DNA from: a bacterium
GTDB lineage: Bacteria > Hydrothermota > Hydrothermia > UBA1063
Assembly: GCA_030019025.1 (NCBI GenBank)
Contig: JASEFR010000003.1
Coordinates: 19,885 to 83,884, forward strand
Length of the DNA stretch: 64,000 nucleotides
Direction of reading: 5' to 3'
Shown here: one piece after another, positions 46,661 to 56,254 of the stretch
Layout of the letters: every line of letters begins with the position of its first letter
Numbering within the stretch: the stretch's first letter is position 1
Notes under the pieces: generated by a model
The model's database searches: none
Told to the model about the DNA's origin: nothing
The model's input: only the letters and a program-made list of their open reading frames with translations
Position numbers and translations under genes: made by a program

Positions 46661-48250
46661 ATGAGAAAAAAAGTCTGGGACATGGTAAACAAGATTTCTT
46701 ATCCATATACTGCGTGTATAATTGATAATCAGCTTGTAGGACTTGGGATGGAGTTTCCTGAAAGTTCCAACATAAAACTACTCAGTGTTGTTGAAGGGGA
46801 GGGGAGAAGGACATATGAGCGAACTTTAACTTTTTTGAGCGATTATCTTCTTTCAAAGGCAGGTTATAAGAATTCACTTAAGATGGAGCATTCTCTCGGA
46901 GAGGCTCTTTATGGGGAAGCAAGGGGAGTAGATCCTGATTTAGCGATTAAGATAATTGAAGAGGGATTATATGAATTATCTAAAAAGGAAATTCCCATAG
47001 AAATGGTTGATCTTACTAAACAAGAAGCTATCAGATACCTGCGTGAGGAAAATCATTATTCTCAACTGAGACTTGTTGAATACATGGCTAAAAATATTTT
47101 TACTTTTTATAAGATTGATGATTATATGGCTTATATGGCAGGCCCATTGGTTCCACATACAGGATTCGTTAAGGTTTTTAAACTGCAACGTTATAACCAT
47201 GGATTTTTAATATTTCTTCCAGATCATAATGACCCGACGAAGCTTGCAAGCCCTGTAAAAAGGGACAAGTTATTTGAAACTTTTCAGGAGTCTAAGTCTT
47301 GGGCAGAAATTCTCGGAATAGAGGACGTGGGACAACTTAATGAAGCTATTCACAATGGCAAAATTTCAGATCTTATCAAAATCCAGGAAGGTCTTCATGA
47401 GAAAAAAATAGCCCAAATTGCTGATTTAATAACTAAGAAAAAAAATGAGATTAAAATCGTTTTGATAGCCGGTCCCTCTTCCTCCGGTAAAACTACTTTC
47501 TCAAAAAGGCTTAAAATACAACTAATTGTCAACGGATTAGTGCCCAAAACAATTTCGCTTGATGACTATTTCGTCGATAGGGAATTTACCCCTCTTGATG
47601 AAAATGGTGAACCCGATTATGAAAGTTTTTATGCTCTGGACTATAAACTTTTCCGCGAACATGTAAAAAGACTTATTGCGGGTGAGAAAGTTCAGATCCC
47701 AAAGTTCAGTTTTTTGAAAGGGCGGAGGGACGGAATTAGAGAAGAAATGACACTGGGAGAGAACGAAATAATAATAGTAGAGGGAATTCATGGATTAAAT
47801 CCGGAACTTACCGAAGGCATTGCAGAGGAAAACAAATTTAAAGTTTATGTATCCAGCTTAACTCAGCTTAACTTGGATAGGCTTAATCGTATTCCAACAA
47901 GGGACGCGAGGATTATCAGAAGAATCGTAAGGGATTATAAATACAGGAATCATTCCGCATCAGAAACTATTTCTATGTGGCCAAAAGTTGCAAGGGGCGA
48001 AGATTTGTATATTTTCCCTTATCAGGAGGAGGCAGATATAATGTTTAATAGCGCTCTTACCTATGAGCTTGCTGTTTTGAAAAATTACGCCGAACCGCTC
48101 CTACGCTCGGTAAAATGTGAAGATGAGAGCTACAGTGAGGCTTTAAGACTTTTAAACTTTCTCTTTCATTTTATGGGGGTAATGCCCTTTGAAATTCCCC
48201 CAACATCTATAATTCGTGAATTTATAGGCGGTAGTTCCTTTGAATATTAA
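46661..48250 (+). CDS. uridine kinase / phosphoribulokinase-family P-loop kinase with ~250-aa N-terminal extension
   Basis: P-loop IAGPSSSGKTTFSKRL. The C-terminal lid region (RDARIIRRIVRDYKYRNHS) resembles Udk. The N-terminal domain is unassigned. Confidence 0.55.
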   Translation: MRKKVWDMVNKISYPYTACIIDNQLVGLGMEFPESSNIKLLSVVEGEGRRTYERTLTFLSDYLLSKAGYKNSLKMEHSLGEALYGEARGVDPDLAIKIIEEGLYELSKKEIPIEMVDLTKQEAIRYLREENHYSQLRLVEYMAKNIFTFYKIDDYMAYMAGPLVPHTGFVKVFKLQRYNHGFLIFLPDHNDPTKLASPVKRDKLFETFQESKSWAEILGIEDVGQLNEAIHNGKISDLIKIQEGLHEKKIAQIADLITKKKNEIKIVLIAGPSSSGKTTFSKRLKIQLIVNGLVPKTISLDDYFVDREFTPLDENGEPDYESFYALDYKLFREHVKRLIAGEKVQIPKFSFLKGRRDGIREEMTLGENEIIIVEGIHGLNPELTEGIAEENKFKVYVSSLTQLNLDRLNRIPTRDARIIRRIVRDYKYRNHSASETISMWPKVARGEDLYIFPYQEEADIMFNSALTYELAVLKNYAEPLLRSVKCEDESYSEALRLLNFLFHFMGVMPFEIPPTSIIREFIGGSSFEY

Positions 48251-48264
48251 TAGAAGGAGGGCGT

Positions 48265-48546
48265 ATGACAAAACACAAAGTAAAGTTGAAAGTTGTGGAG
48301 ATACAGGGAAGTGGTAAATGCCCATTGGGTCATAAAGTAGGTGATGAATTTGTGTATCAAGGATGGCCCATCGCAACTCTGTGCCCTGCAGCCTATAGTA
48401 TACTTTATCCAATTATCAGAGTCCTTTCTTATGGAGGAAAAGTGGGTGATGGAGAAAACGAGCATAAAATAAGACTTTGTTGTTATGATCCTGCTAATCC
48501 AACGGTTTTTGAGCTTGAAAGGCTCGATGAGGAATACACATATTAG
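48265..48546 (+). CDS. small Cys-rich protein, TIGR04076-like
   Basis: 93 aa with conserved-looking C-P-x-G-H-K, LCPAA and LCCYDP motifs. A strong RBS (AGGAGGG) lies 6 nt upstream. Confidence 0.45.
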   Translation: MTKHKVKLKVVEIQGSGKCPLGHKVGDEFVYQGWPIATLCPAAYSILYPIIRVLSYGGKVGDGENEHKIRLCCYDPANPTVFELERLDEEYTY

Positions 48547-48564
48547 AAGAGTTAGAAAATTCAA

Positions 48565-49203
48565 TTAGCTGTTTTTGTTCGATTTGAGATATTTGTCACT
48601 GAGAAGTTTTTTGAGCTTAATTAAGTAATTTCGTAGGTCTTTTTCAGGGTTTTTACCTTGACAGGTGTAGTCAATTAATGTTTCCATTATTTTTTTGATT
48701 TCCTGTGGAGCAGAAAGCTCAGCCTTTTCTATTGTTCTATTTAATATCGATCTGCAATCGCTACCTTTATTTAGCCTCTTAACCTTTTCTACAATTTTTT
48801 GTCCCATTAACAACGCTGGAAGGGAATTGGGTATTGTATCGAAGGGATTTTCTTTCGATTTTTCCCAGTTTTCAAGTACATCTGAAAGCGCTGAGCTTTT
48901 TTCACCAAAAACGTGTGGATGCCTTGAAATCATTTTTTCTCTCACTCTTTTCAAAACTTGCTGTAAGGTGAAGACCCCTTCCTCTTCTTTAATTCGAATA
49001 TGCATAAGTATAAGAAATAGCAAGTCCCCCAATTCTTCAAGTATTTTTTCTCTCTCGTCGCACTCAATTGCATCATTAATTTCATAAGCTTCTTCTATGA
49101 GGTCAAAGGCAATAGAGTTTGAAGTTTGTTGCCTGTCCCAAGGACAGCCCTTTTCTGACCTCAAATATTTGACCAATTCATATAATTCGTCAAATTCCTT
49201 CAT
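48565..49203 (-). CDS. mazG: MazG-family nucleoside triphosphate pyrophosphohydrolase
   Basis: N-terminal LRSEKGCPWDRQQT and the EExxE/A motifs typical of the MazG all-alpha NTP-PPase fold. Confidence 0.8.
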   Translation of the reverse strand: MKEFDELYELVKYLRSEKGCPWDRQQTSNSIAFDLIEEAYEINDAIECDEREKILEELGDLLFLILMHIRIKEEEGVFTLQQVLKRVREKMISRHPHVFGEKSSALSDVLENWEKSKENPFDTIPNSLPALLMGQKIVEKVKRLNKGSDCRSILNRTIEKAELSAPQEIKKIMETLIDYTCQGKNPEKDLRNYLIKLKKLLSDKYLKSNKNS

Positions 49204-49209
49204 TTTAAA

Positions 49210-49671
49210 TTAGTCCTGTGTAATGCCAAATTCTTTTTCCCAATTGTAATAACGCAATTTTTTGCTTTTTGTCTCGAAATTTTCAAAATTTTTAGAAGAT
49301 TTCCTTATTTCTCTGCAAATCTCATTGGGGTCCATAGATATAGCACCCCGCTGTTTTGCTTTTTCTTGCAAACTTCTGTCTCTTGTATATACATAAACAA
49401 TGAAGTTTTTAGAACGATATTGGGATACAAGATCTAAAATAACCTCATCTGCGGATACCCCTTCTGAGGTGAATATTGTGTTTGGAGTATCAGTACCTTT
49501 TCTCCCTAACTTTCCATCAAAAACTACAATGAAAGAGCTCTTGAATTTTTCTGCGCATTTTCTAACAAGATCTTCCCTTGCAAGTTTAAGCCCTTCCTCT
49601 TTTAGCAAAAATCGAGAAAGAGACTGCAGTGAATGTATTGCGTTGTAGCCATCAATTATGTGGATTTTCAT
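49210..49671 (-). CDS. NYN/YacP-like (PIN-related) RNA-binding nuclease family protein
   Basis: MKIHIIDGYN...VVFDG pattern of YacP/Rae1-like NYN domains. The start was set to give an ATGA overlap with the upstream GT4 gene. Confidence 0.55.
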   Translation of the reverse strand: MKIHIIDGYNAIHSLQSLSRFLLKEEGLKLAREDLVRKCAEKFKSSFIVVFDGKLGRKGTDTPNTIFTSEGVSADEVILDLVSQYRSKNFIVYVYTRDRSLQEKAKQRGAISMDPNEICREIRKSSKNFENFETKSKKLRYYNWEKEFGITQD

Positions 49672-50813
49672 ATCTTTTTCTTCAACGCATATTCGTAGTA
49701 TTCCAGTACTTCTTTGGCTATTTTGGGCCATGAATAGTTGAGAGCTTTCAGGCGTGCCTTTTCTCCTAATTTCCTTCTCAAATCGGGGTTTTTTATCAGA
49801 AGCTCCAGTTTGTCAACGAGCTGTGCGACATTTTTTCTTTCAAAAAGGAATCCGTCTATGCCGTCAGAAACCAGTTCCATGTAACCTTCATTATTCGATG
49901 CAATAACTGGTTTTCCAGATGCCATGGCCTCCAGAAGAACGATTCCGAAACTTTCACCTCCGATAGCCGGCGATACAAAAATATCACAGGACCTGTAAAG
50001 AGCCGGTAAGCGATTGCTGGAGATGAAGCCCAAAAAGTTCACTCTATCCGCAAGATCGGGATCTACCATTTTTTCAAGGGAGTTTCTTAGTGGCCCATCT
50101 CCACCTATAATCAGCCTTGTTTCAGGATATTTTTTCCCAATTATGTTAAATGCTCGTATAAGGTATTTTGTGCCCTTTCTTAGCTCCAATCTGCCAACAA
50201 AAAGGATATAAATTTCGTGTTCTTTCCTTTGAAATGGAAAATTATAAAAATCACCTATGGGATTAAATTTTTCCACATCTATTCCGTTAGGAATAATTTT
50301 ATGTTCACCTATTGGAAAATGCCTTTCTATTGTCTGCAAAGCAGGTCTTGATACAAAGATCTTTCCGTCAAGTTTGTTGTATACTGGAAGCAAGAGTGGT
50401 TTAAATAGTTCATAGCCCAGGGAGAAACCGTGATAGGAATGGAAGGTAGCAAAATTAATCGACTTAGAATATAGAAGACTTAAAAATGGAATAGTCGGAA
50501 CGACAGAATTTTGAGAATGCACGATATCATAATTTCCATTCTCTACGATATTTCTGATTTCCGTTGTGATTTTTTTAGAAAAGGAAAAACAAGTCTGAGA
50601 CTTGTTTGCTCTTATATAATAGGATTTGCCTACCCTGTGGACCTTAATGTTTTTCGAGTCCGGCGGTTCTTCCACAAATTGATGTGGAAAATTGGAAGTT
50701 AAAATTTCGACTTGAACTCCAAGTCGGATTAGTTCCTTTGAGAGATGATATGTGTGCTCTGTGATTCCACCAGGATATGGGTAATAATGGTCTGTTGCCA
50801 TTAACACTCTCAT
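49668..50813 (-). CDS. glycosyltransferase family 4 (GT-B, retaining)
   Basis: N-terminal HYYPYPGGITEH, and the C-terminal EX7E-like region (ESFGIVLLEAMASGKPVIAS). Confidence 0.8.
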   Translation of the reverse strand: MRVLMATDHYYPYPGGITEHTYHLSKELIRLGVQVEILTSNFPHQFVEEPPDSKNIKVHRVGKSYYIRANKSQTCFSFSKKITTEIRNIVENGNYDIVHSQNSVVPTIPFLSLLYSKSINFATFHSYHGFSLGYELFKPLLLPVYNKLDGKIFVSRPALQTIERHFPIGEHKIIPNGIDVEKFNPIGDFYNFPFQRKEHEIYILFVGRLELRKGTKYLIRAFNIIGKKYPETRLIIGGDGPLRNSLEKMVDPDLADRVNFLGFISSNRLPALYRSCDIFVSPAIGGESFGIVLLEAMASGKPVIASNNEGYMELVSDGIDGFLFERKNVAQLVDKLELLIKNPDLRRKLGEKARLKALNYSWPKIAKEVLEYYEYALKKKI

Positions 50814-50815
50814 AT

Positions 50816-52591
50816 TTATTCCTCTACTTTAACTATGTTCAGAAAAGCTTCTTGCGGAAGCTCGACTTTCCCAATTTTTTTCAGTTTCTTCTTTCCTTCT
50901 TTTTGTTTTTCGAGAAGTTTTCTTTTGCGGGTTATATCTCCACCATAACATTTTGCAGTAACGTCTTTCCTTATAGGTGGTATTCTCTCTTTAGCAATAA
51001 CTCTCTTCCCAATGGCAGCCTGTATTGTAACTTCAAAAAGCTGTCTTGGAATTTCTTTGCGTAATTTTTCGGCTATTTTTCTTCCCACATAGTAAGCGTT
51101 ATCTTTATGAACAATTAAGGAAAGCGCGTCGATCTTGTCTCCTGCAACAAGAAAGTCTAATCTTACAACATCTGATTCTCTATAGTCGATTATTTCGTAA
51201 TCAAAGGAAGCGTAACCCCTTGTGATGCTCTTAAGTTTGTCATGAAAATCAAATATTGTTTCACTTAGGGGCATCTCAAATTCAAAGAAAACTGTATCCT
51301 CATCAATAAAGTTAAATTTAGTTTGTATACCTCTCCGAGAGAGGCAGAATTTCTGAACAGCTCCAAGGAATTCCTTTGGCGTTATAATTTCTACCTTTGC
51401 ATATGGTTCCAATGCCTTTTCAAAAGAGTCAGGGAAGTCGGACGGATTATCTACTAAAAGTTCCTTTCCATCATCGAGCACCACCTTGTATTCGACGTTT
51501 GGGGTTGTTATCACAATGTCTACTCCAAACTCCCTTTTTAGTCTCTCTTTAAATATCTCCATGTGAAGCATCCCTAAGAAACCACACCTAAATCCCGGAC
51601 CCAAAGCCGGAGAATATTCAGGAATAAAATGTAGGGAGGCATCATTCAATTTTAGTTTATTGATTGCTTTTGATAAAAGTTCATAGTCTGAGGGAACGGT
51701 AGGATATATACCTGCAAATACGACGGGTTTAGGTTCTCTATAGCCCGGAAGAGCAGGAGTTTCCGGGAAATTTGCATCCACTATAGTATCTCCAACCCGA
51801 GCCTCGGTTATTTCCCTTATTGCTGCAGTTAGGTAGCCAACTTCACCCGCCTTTAGTTCCGAGGTTTTTACCATGTTGGGTTTTAAGTAGCCTACTTCAA
51901 CAACCTCATAAGTCCTGCCAGAGGATTTCATCATAATTTTCATTCCGGGTCTTATAGTACCATCAAATACTCTTACAAAAACTATTACTCCCCGATAATC
52001 TTCATATTTGGCGTCGAAGATCAGTGCCTTTGTATTTCCCTCGGGCTCCCCCTTTGGTGGTGGAATCCTTTTTATAATTTCTCTTATTAGTTCATCAATA
52101 CCCCAACCAAGTTTTGCCGAAATTCTTAGCGGTATTTCACCTGTTAAGTCATAAATTTGTTTTTCTACTTTTTCAATCTGTGCGTTCGGAAGGTCGATTT
52201 TGTTTATAACTGGTATTATCTCTAAGTTCTGAGCTAAGGCAAGATAAAAGTTTGTAATGGTTTGAGCTTCAACCCCTTGAGATGCGTCGACTAACAATAT
52301 TGCCCCTTCACAGGCTGCAAGGGACCGTGAAACCTCGTAGTTAAAATCTACATGACCTGGAGTGTCTATTAGATTTAGGATGTATTTTTCACCATCTAAT
52401 TCCATTTCCATTCTAACAGGATGCATTTTGATTGTGATTCCTTTTTCCCGTTCAAGTTCCATTGAATCAAGATATTGTTCTTGTAATTTTTCTGGCCTAA
52501 TAGTATGGGTATATTCAAGCATTCTATCAGCAAGAGTTGATTTCCCATGGTCTATATGCGCAATGATGGAGAAGTTTCTTATGTTCTTCAT
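50816..52591 (-). CDS. lepA: elongation factor 4 (LepA)
   Basis: NFSIIAHIDHGKSTLADR G1 motif, DTPGHVDF, NKID, and the LepA-specific C-terminal domain. Confidence 0.95.
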   Translation of the reverse strand: MKNIRNFSIIAHIDHGKSTLADRMLEYTHTIRPEKLQEQYLDSMELEREKGITIKMHPVRMEMELDGEKYILNLIDTPGHVDFNYEVSRSLAACEGAILLVDASQGVEAQTITNFYLALAQNLEIIPVINKIDLPNAQIEKVEKQIYDLTGEIPLRISAKLGWGIDELIREIIKRIPPPKGEPEGNTKALIFDAKYEDYRGVIVFVRVFDGTIRPGMKIMMKSSGRTYEVVEVGYLKPNMVKTSELKAGEVGYLTAAIREITEARVGDTIVDANFPETPALPGYREPKPVVFAGIYPTVPSDYELLSKAINKLKLNDASLHFIPEYSPALGPGFRCGFLGMLHMEIFKERLKREFGVDIVITTPNVEYKVVLDDGKELLVDNPSDFPDSFEKALEPYAKVEIITPKEFLGAVQKFCLSRRGIQTKFNFIDEDTVFFEFEMPLSETIFDFHDKLKSITRGYASFDYEIIDYRESDVVRLDFLVAGDKIDALSLIVHKDNAYYVGRKIAEKLRKEIPRQLFEVTIQAAIGKRVIAKERIPPIRKDVTAKCYGGDITRKRKLLEKQKEGKKKLKKIGKVELPQEAFLNIVKVEE

Positions 52592-54132
52592 TGTAAAATT
52601 GCTGAATCAATAATTTTCTTTTTGAGGTTTTTTACAGTGAGAATTAAATGGTCCCCTTTCCCTCTTTCAAGTATCAGATAATGAAAAGTTTTTTGCCAGT
52701 TGTGTATTTCTAATCCTGGTTTTTTTAACAATTCTTTGCTCAAATTGTATAAAGGCGCCCCTCCACCTGCAGAAATTATTTGAATAAGCCCATTAAATAT
52801 TGTTGAGCGAGCGTAAAGATGGTCGTGTCCCGTAATATAAATTTTAAAACCTAAGCATTTCACAAAGTTCGCAAAAGAGTCAGCGTCAAGACTTTTGCTA
52901 CCTCTTTTATATTCACTCAGGCTGAAAAGGGGCTCATGGAACAACAATATGTGATGTTTTTTATCCTTGTTTGTTTCTTTAACATTTTTAAGCCATTTTC
53001 GCTGGTTTTCATCTGGTAGTCTTACTGAGGGGTTAGGTTTATTTTTATAGAGTATATAGTTGTAGTCTGAGTTTAAAACATAAACAGCGATATCTCCTAA
53101 AGTTATAAAGTAAACGTTTTCCTTATAGGGTGGCATGCCGCTATTTTCCACTGGTCCATTTTCAGGTAGGACGAAGATTTTAGCCCACAGGTTCTCGGCG
53201 CTGTAGGGTGGGGGAGGGTTATATCTTTTTTCTTCATCTTCCATAACGGGTGCAATCATATCGTGGTTACCAGGTACTGGCATTATTGGAATAAATGAAC
53301 TATAAGGCCAGCAGGATTTAAGAAAAGATTTGTATTCTTCTTCAGCGTATTCTAAACTTTTCATACGGCCCGTTATCAGATCTCCTAAAATGAAAACTAT
53401 ATTAACATTATCTTCATATAAAAGACGCAGTATCTCCTTAGTAACTTGTTCATTCACACCATCCACAAAAAATAAAGGATTTATGCTCGCTGGGTTTCCT
53501 CTTGTATCACCGAAAATGCCGATTTTCCAATTTTTCTCAGGTATATAAAAGTTAAATATTAAACTCTTTGTAGTGTCAAATTCGTCGAAAATTTTGACAC
53601 AGTATTCGTGTTTTCCTGATTTCAAGTTTTTTACCACAAATTCGTGCTTTATGGCCATGATGGTGTCAATGGTTCTAATCTTTCCGTCTATATAAACTTC
53701 AGCCTTGGAAGGTTTATTTGTATAGAAGGAAATACCTATGGAATTACTATCAACCATAGATAAATAGGGCCATATGTCAAAAGTTAGGCCTTCCGTTAGT
53801 CCATTCTCTTTTCTTTTGGGCTTAAGATAGTATGTCTGAGTAGCATAATAAATCTTGTTTAAAGTATCAAAAAAGGCAACCTTAAATGCGTATTGGAAAT
53901 TTTCATCAATTCCTGAAATTTTGAATAAATGTAATGTATCTACGCTTCGGGAGAGCTTATATCCTTCGAAATCGAAGTCAAAAGGATTTTCTATTTTCCC
54001 ATAAACCAGTTTTACACTGGTAGAAGGGTTGTAGGTTTTCACTTTTACCGCAAGGGTATCTCCGTAGAAATCAAATTGAGGCCTTGTATACCAGGCAGGA
54101 AAATGAAGAAATAAAATCATCAAAAGATTCAT
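52588..54132 (-). CDS. secreted metallophosphoesterase (purple-acid-phosphatase-like) with N-terminal beta-sandwich domain
   Basis: Signal peptide. Calcineurin-like motifs GDTRGN, GDLITG, GNHD and GHDH. Confidence 0.7.
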   Translation of the reverse strand: MNLLMILFLHFPAWYTRPQFDFYGDTLAVKVKTYNPSTSVKLVYGKIENPFDFDFEGYKLSRSVDTLHLFKISGIDENFQYAFKVAFFDTLNKIYYATQTYYLKPKRKENGLTEGLTFDIWPYLSMVDSNSIGISFYTNKPSKAEVYIDGKIRTIDTIMAIKHEFVVKNLKSGKHEYCVKIFDEFDTTKSLIFNFYIPEKNWKIGIFGDTRGNPASINPLFFVDGVNEQVTKEILRLLYEDNVNIVFILGDLITGRMKSLEYAEEEYKSFLKSCWPYSSFIPIMPVPGNHDMIAPVMEDEEKRYNPPPPYSAENLWAKIFVLPENGPVENSGMPPYKENVYFITLGDIAVYVLNSDYNYILYKNKPNPSVRLPDENQRKWLKNVKETNKDKKHHILLFHEPLFSLSEYKRGSKSLDADSFANFVKCLGFKIYITGHDHLYARSTIFNGLIQIISAGGGAPLYNLSKELLKKPGLEIHNWQKTFHYLILERGKGDHLILTVKNLKKKIIDSAILQ

Positions 54133-54137
54133 GTTAT

Positions 54138-54548
54138 TTATTCTCCAACGATTTTCATGAGAATTTTTCTTGTGCGGGGTCCATCAAATTCCGCAAAGAA
54201 TATCCCCTGCCACGTGCCCAACAAAAGTCTTCCGTTTTCAATTAACAGGTTTAATGAGTTTCCGACCAAAACAGATTTGATGTGAGCGTCAGCATTTCCC
54301 TCTAAATGTTTGTAATTTTTACTTTCAGGAACGAGTATGGAGAGTTGGTCTTCAATATCACTTTTAACCGATGGATCAGCATGCTCATTGATGGTAATTC
54401 CCGCAGTGGTATGGGGGACAAAAAGCACCACAATTCCATTGGTTATACCAGATTCCTTTAGCATTCTTTCTATTTGAGGAGTTATTTCAATAAATTCTTT
54501 TCTCCTTGTAGATTTAACAATTATTTCAAAGGTTTTACTTACCATCAT
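54138..54548 (-). CDS. yjbQ: YjbQ/UPF0047 family (secondary thiamine-phosphate synthase-like) protein
   Basis: LFVPHTTAGITINE motif. The 136-aa length fits. Confidence 0.8.
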   Translation of the reverse strand: MMVSKTFEIIVKSTRRKEFIEITPQIERMLKESGITNGIVVLFVPHTTAGITINEHADPSVKSDIEDQLSILVPESKNYKHLEGNADAHIKSVLVGNSLNLLIENGRLLLGTWQGIFFAEFDGPRTRKILMKIVGE

Positions 54549-55086
54549 TTTTTTCGCAAATTACGACCTGATTTACACCATCAATTTCTTTAACCTTTAC
54601 CTTCACAATTTCACTTTTTGTTGTGGTTATGGCTTTCCCGACAAAATCAGGACAAATAGGAAGCTCTCTGTGGCCTCTATCTATGAGGACGCAGAGCTTG
54701 ATGGAGGCTGGACGGCCATAGTCCATTATCTCATCAAGGGCTGCCCTTGTAGTTCTGCCCGTATATAAAACGTCATCCACTAAGATTACATCTTTTCCAT
54801 CAACACTGAAGGGAAGTTCAGTCCCTTTTACCTGTGGTTTTTCACCAACCATGGAGAGGTCATCTCTATAGAAGGTAATGTCAACGGCGCCGAGTGGTAT
54901 GTCTTTTCCTGTAATTACATCGATTTCTTCTTTTATAATTTTTGCGAGTGGGACCCCGCGGGTTTTAATTCCAACTATGACAAGGTTATCAATATTTTTT
55001 ACTTTTTCAACAACCTCATGGGCAATTCTCTTAAGGGTTTTCTGAATGTCTTGTTCTTCCATCAAAACATACTTTTCAAAAACCAT
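54535..55086 (-). CDS. pyrR: bifunctional pyrimidine operon regulator / uracil phosphoribosyltransferase PyrR
   Basis: PRPP-binding motif VILVDDVLYTGRTTRAAL. The N-terminus aligns with PyrR (…QDIQKTLKRIAHE). Confidence 0.85.
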   Translation of the reverse strand: MVFEKYVLMEEQDIQKTLKRIAHEVVEKVKNIDNLVIVGIKTRGVPLAKIIKEEIDVITGKDIPLGAVDITFYRDDLSMVGEKPQVKGTELPFSVDGKDVILVDDVLYTGRTTRAALDEIMDYGRPASIKLCVLIDRGHRELPICPDFVGKAITTTKSEIVKVKVKEIDGVNQVVICEKNDGK

Positions 55087-55149
55087 ACTTCCTCCTTGAG
55101 TTTCTATAATTATGAGTTCAAATCCTTATTTAATCAAATAAACCGCAGG

Positions 55150-55185
55150 TTTTGTTTGAATTTACCACTCTCTGAGTTTAGAATC
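55150..55185 (-). promoter_or_regulatory. candidate PyrR-binding RNA element in pyrR leader (CUCAGAGAGUGG)
   Basis: The minus-strand leader reads ...AAACUCAGAGAGUGGUAAAUUCAAACAAAACCUGCGGUUU... The conserved PyrR binding-loop core is UCCAGAGAGGCU, so this differs at two positions. Confidence 0.3.
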
Positions 55186-55192
55186 TTCAACA

Positions 55193-56254
55193 ATGCGAAG
55201 AAATACAAGAGTCGTGAGGGTAGGGTCTTTACCTCTTGGTGGAGAATTTCCCATTAGAGTGCAATCTATGACTTCAACCAGAACAACAGATATAGAAGCA
55301 ACTCTGAAGCAGATTGAGGCCTTAATTAGAGAGGATTGCGAAATAATCAGGATTTCGGTGCCTGATCAAAAGTCTTTGATAGCTTTTAAAGAAATAAGAA
55401 AAGTTACCAAGATTCCACTGGTAGCAGACATTCATTTTAATCACAGACTCGCTATTGGTGCCATAGAAGCGGGTGCGGATAAAGTGAGAATAAATCCGGG
55501 GAATATAGGGGGCAAGGAAAAGGTAAAAGAAATTGTACAGGCTTTAAAATTACATGGTAAGGCTTGTAGAATTGGGGTTAATTCTGGTTCTCTTGAAGAG
55601 GATTTGATAGAGAAATACGGTGGTGTTACCCCTGAAGCACTGGTAGAGAGTGCAGTAAGATGGGTAGATTTTTTTGTAGAACAGGGATTTTATGACATTG
55701 TTGTTTCTGTTAAGTCTTCTTCGGTGAAGGATACCATAAAAGCTTATGAAATGCTCTCAAAGAAAATTGATTTTCCACTTCACCTTGGGGTTACTGAAGC
55801 CGGTCCTTTGGTTCCGGGGACTGTAAAGTCTTCCATAGCGATAGGATATCTTCTTTACAGAGGTATAGGGGATACTATACGGGTTTCTCTCACAGAGGAT
55901 CCTGTTTATGAGGTAAGGGTAGCTTGGGAAATATTGAAATCCCTTGATTTAAGATATAATGGGCCAGTGATTATCTCCTGTCCCACCTGTGCACGGACCC
56001 GTGTAAATTTAATGGAATTAGTACATCAAGTAGAAGAAAAAATAAAGGAGATTAAAAAGCCATTGAAAATTGCAATAATGGGCTGTGAGGTTAACGGACC
56101 TGGCGAAGCCAGGGACGCAGATATTGGAGTAGCTGCAGAACCGGGCAGAGGAGTAATATTTAAGAAAGGTGTAGTTGTGAAAAGGGTTCCTTACGAAAAA
56201 ATTGTTGAAGAGCTTATAAATTTGATTAAATCGGAAGGAGGGCTCAATGATTAA
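55193..56254 (+). CDS. ispG: 4-hydroxy-3-methylbut-2-enyl diphosphate synthase IspG/GcpE
   Basis: N-terminal TIM-barrel region (VQSMT, INPGN) and a C-terminal Fe-S domain (CPTCAR...GCEVNGPGE). Confidence 0.9.
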   Translation: MRRNTRVVRVGSLPLGGEFPIRVQSMTSTRTTDIEATLKQIEALIREDCEIIRISVPDQKSLIAFKEIRKVTKIPLVADIHFNHRLAIGAIEAGADKVRINPGNIGGKEKVKEIVQALKLHGKACRIGVNSGSLEEDLIEKYGGVTPEALVESAVRWVDFFVEQGFYDIVVSVKSSSVKDTIKAYEMLSKKIDFPLHLGVTEAGPLVPGTVKSSIAIGYLLYRGIGDTIRVSLTEDPVYEVRVAWEILKSLDLRYNGPVIISCPTCARTRVNLMELVHQVEEKIKEIKKPLKIAIMGCEVNGPGEARDADIGVAAEPGRGVIFKKGVVVKRVPYEKIVEELINLIKSEGGLND

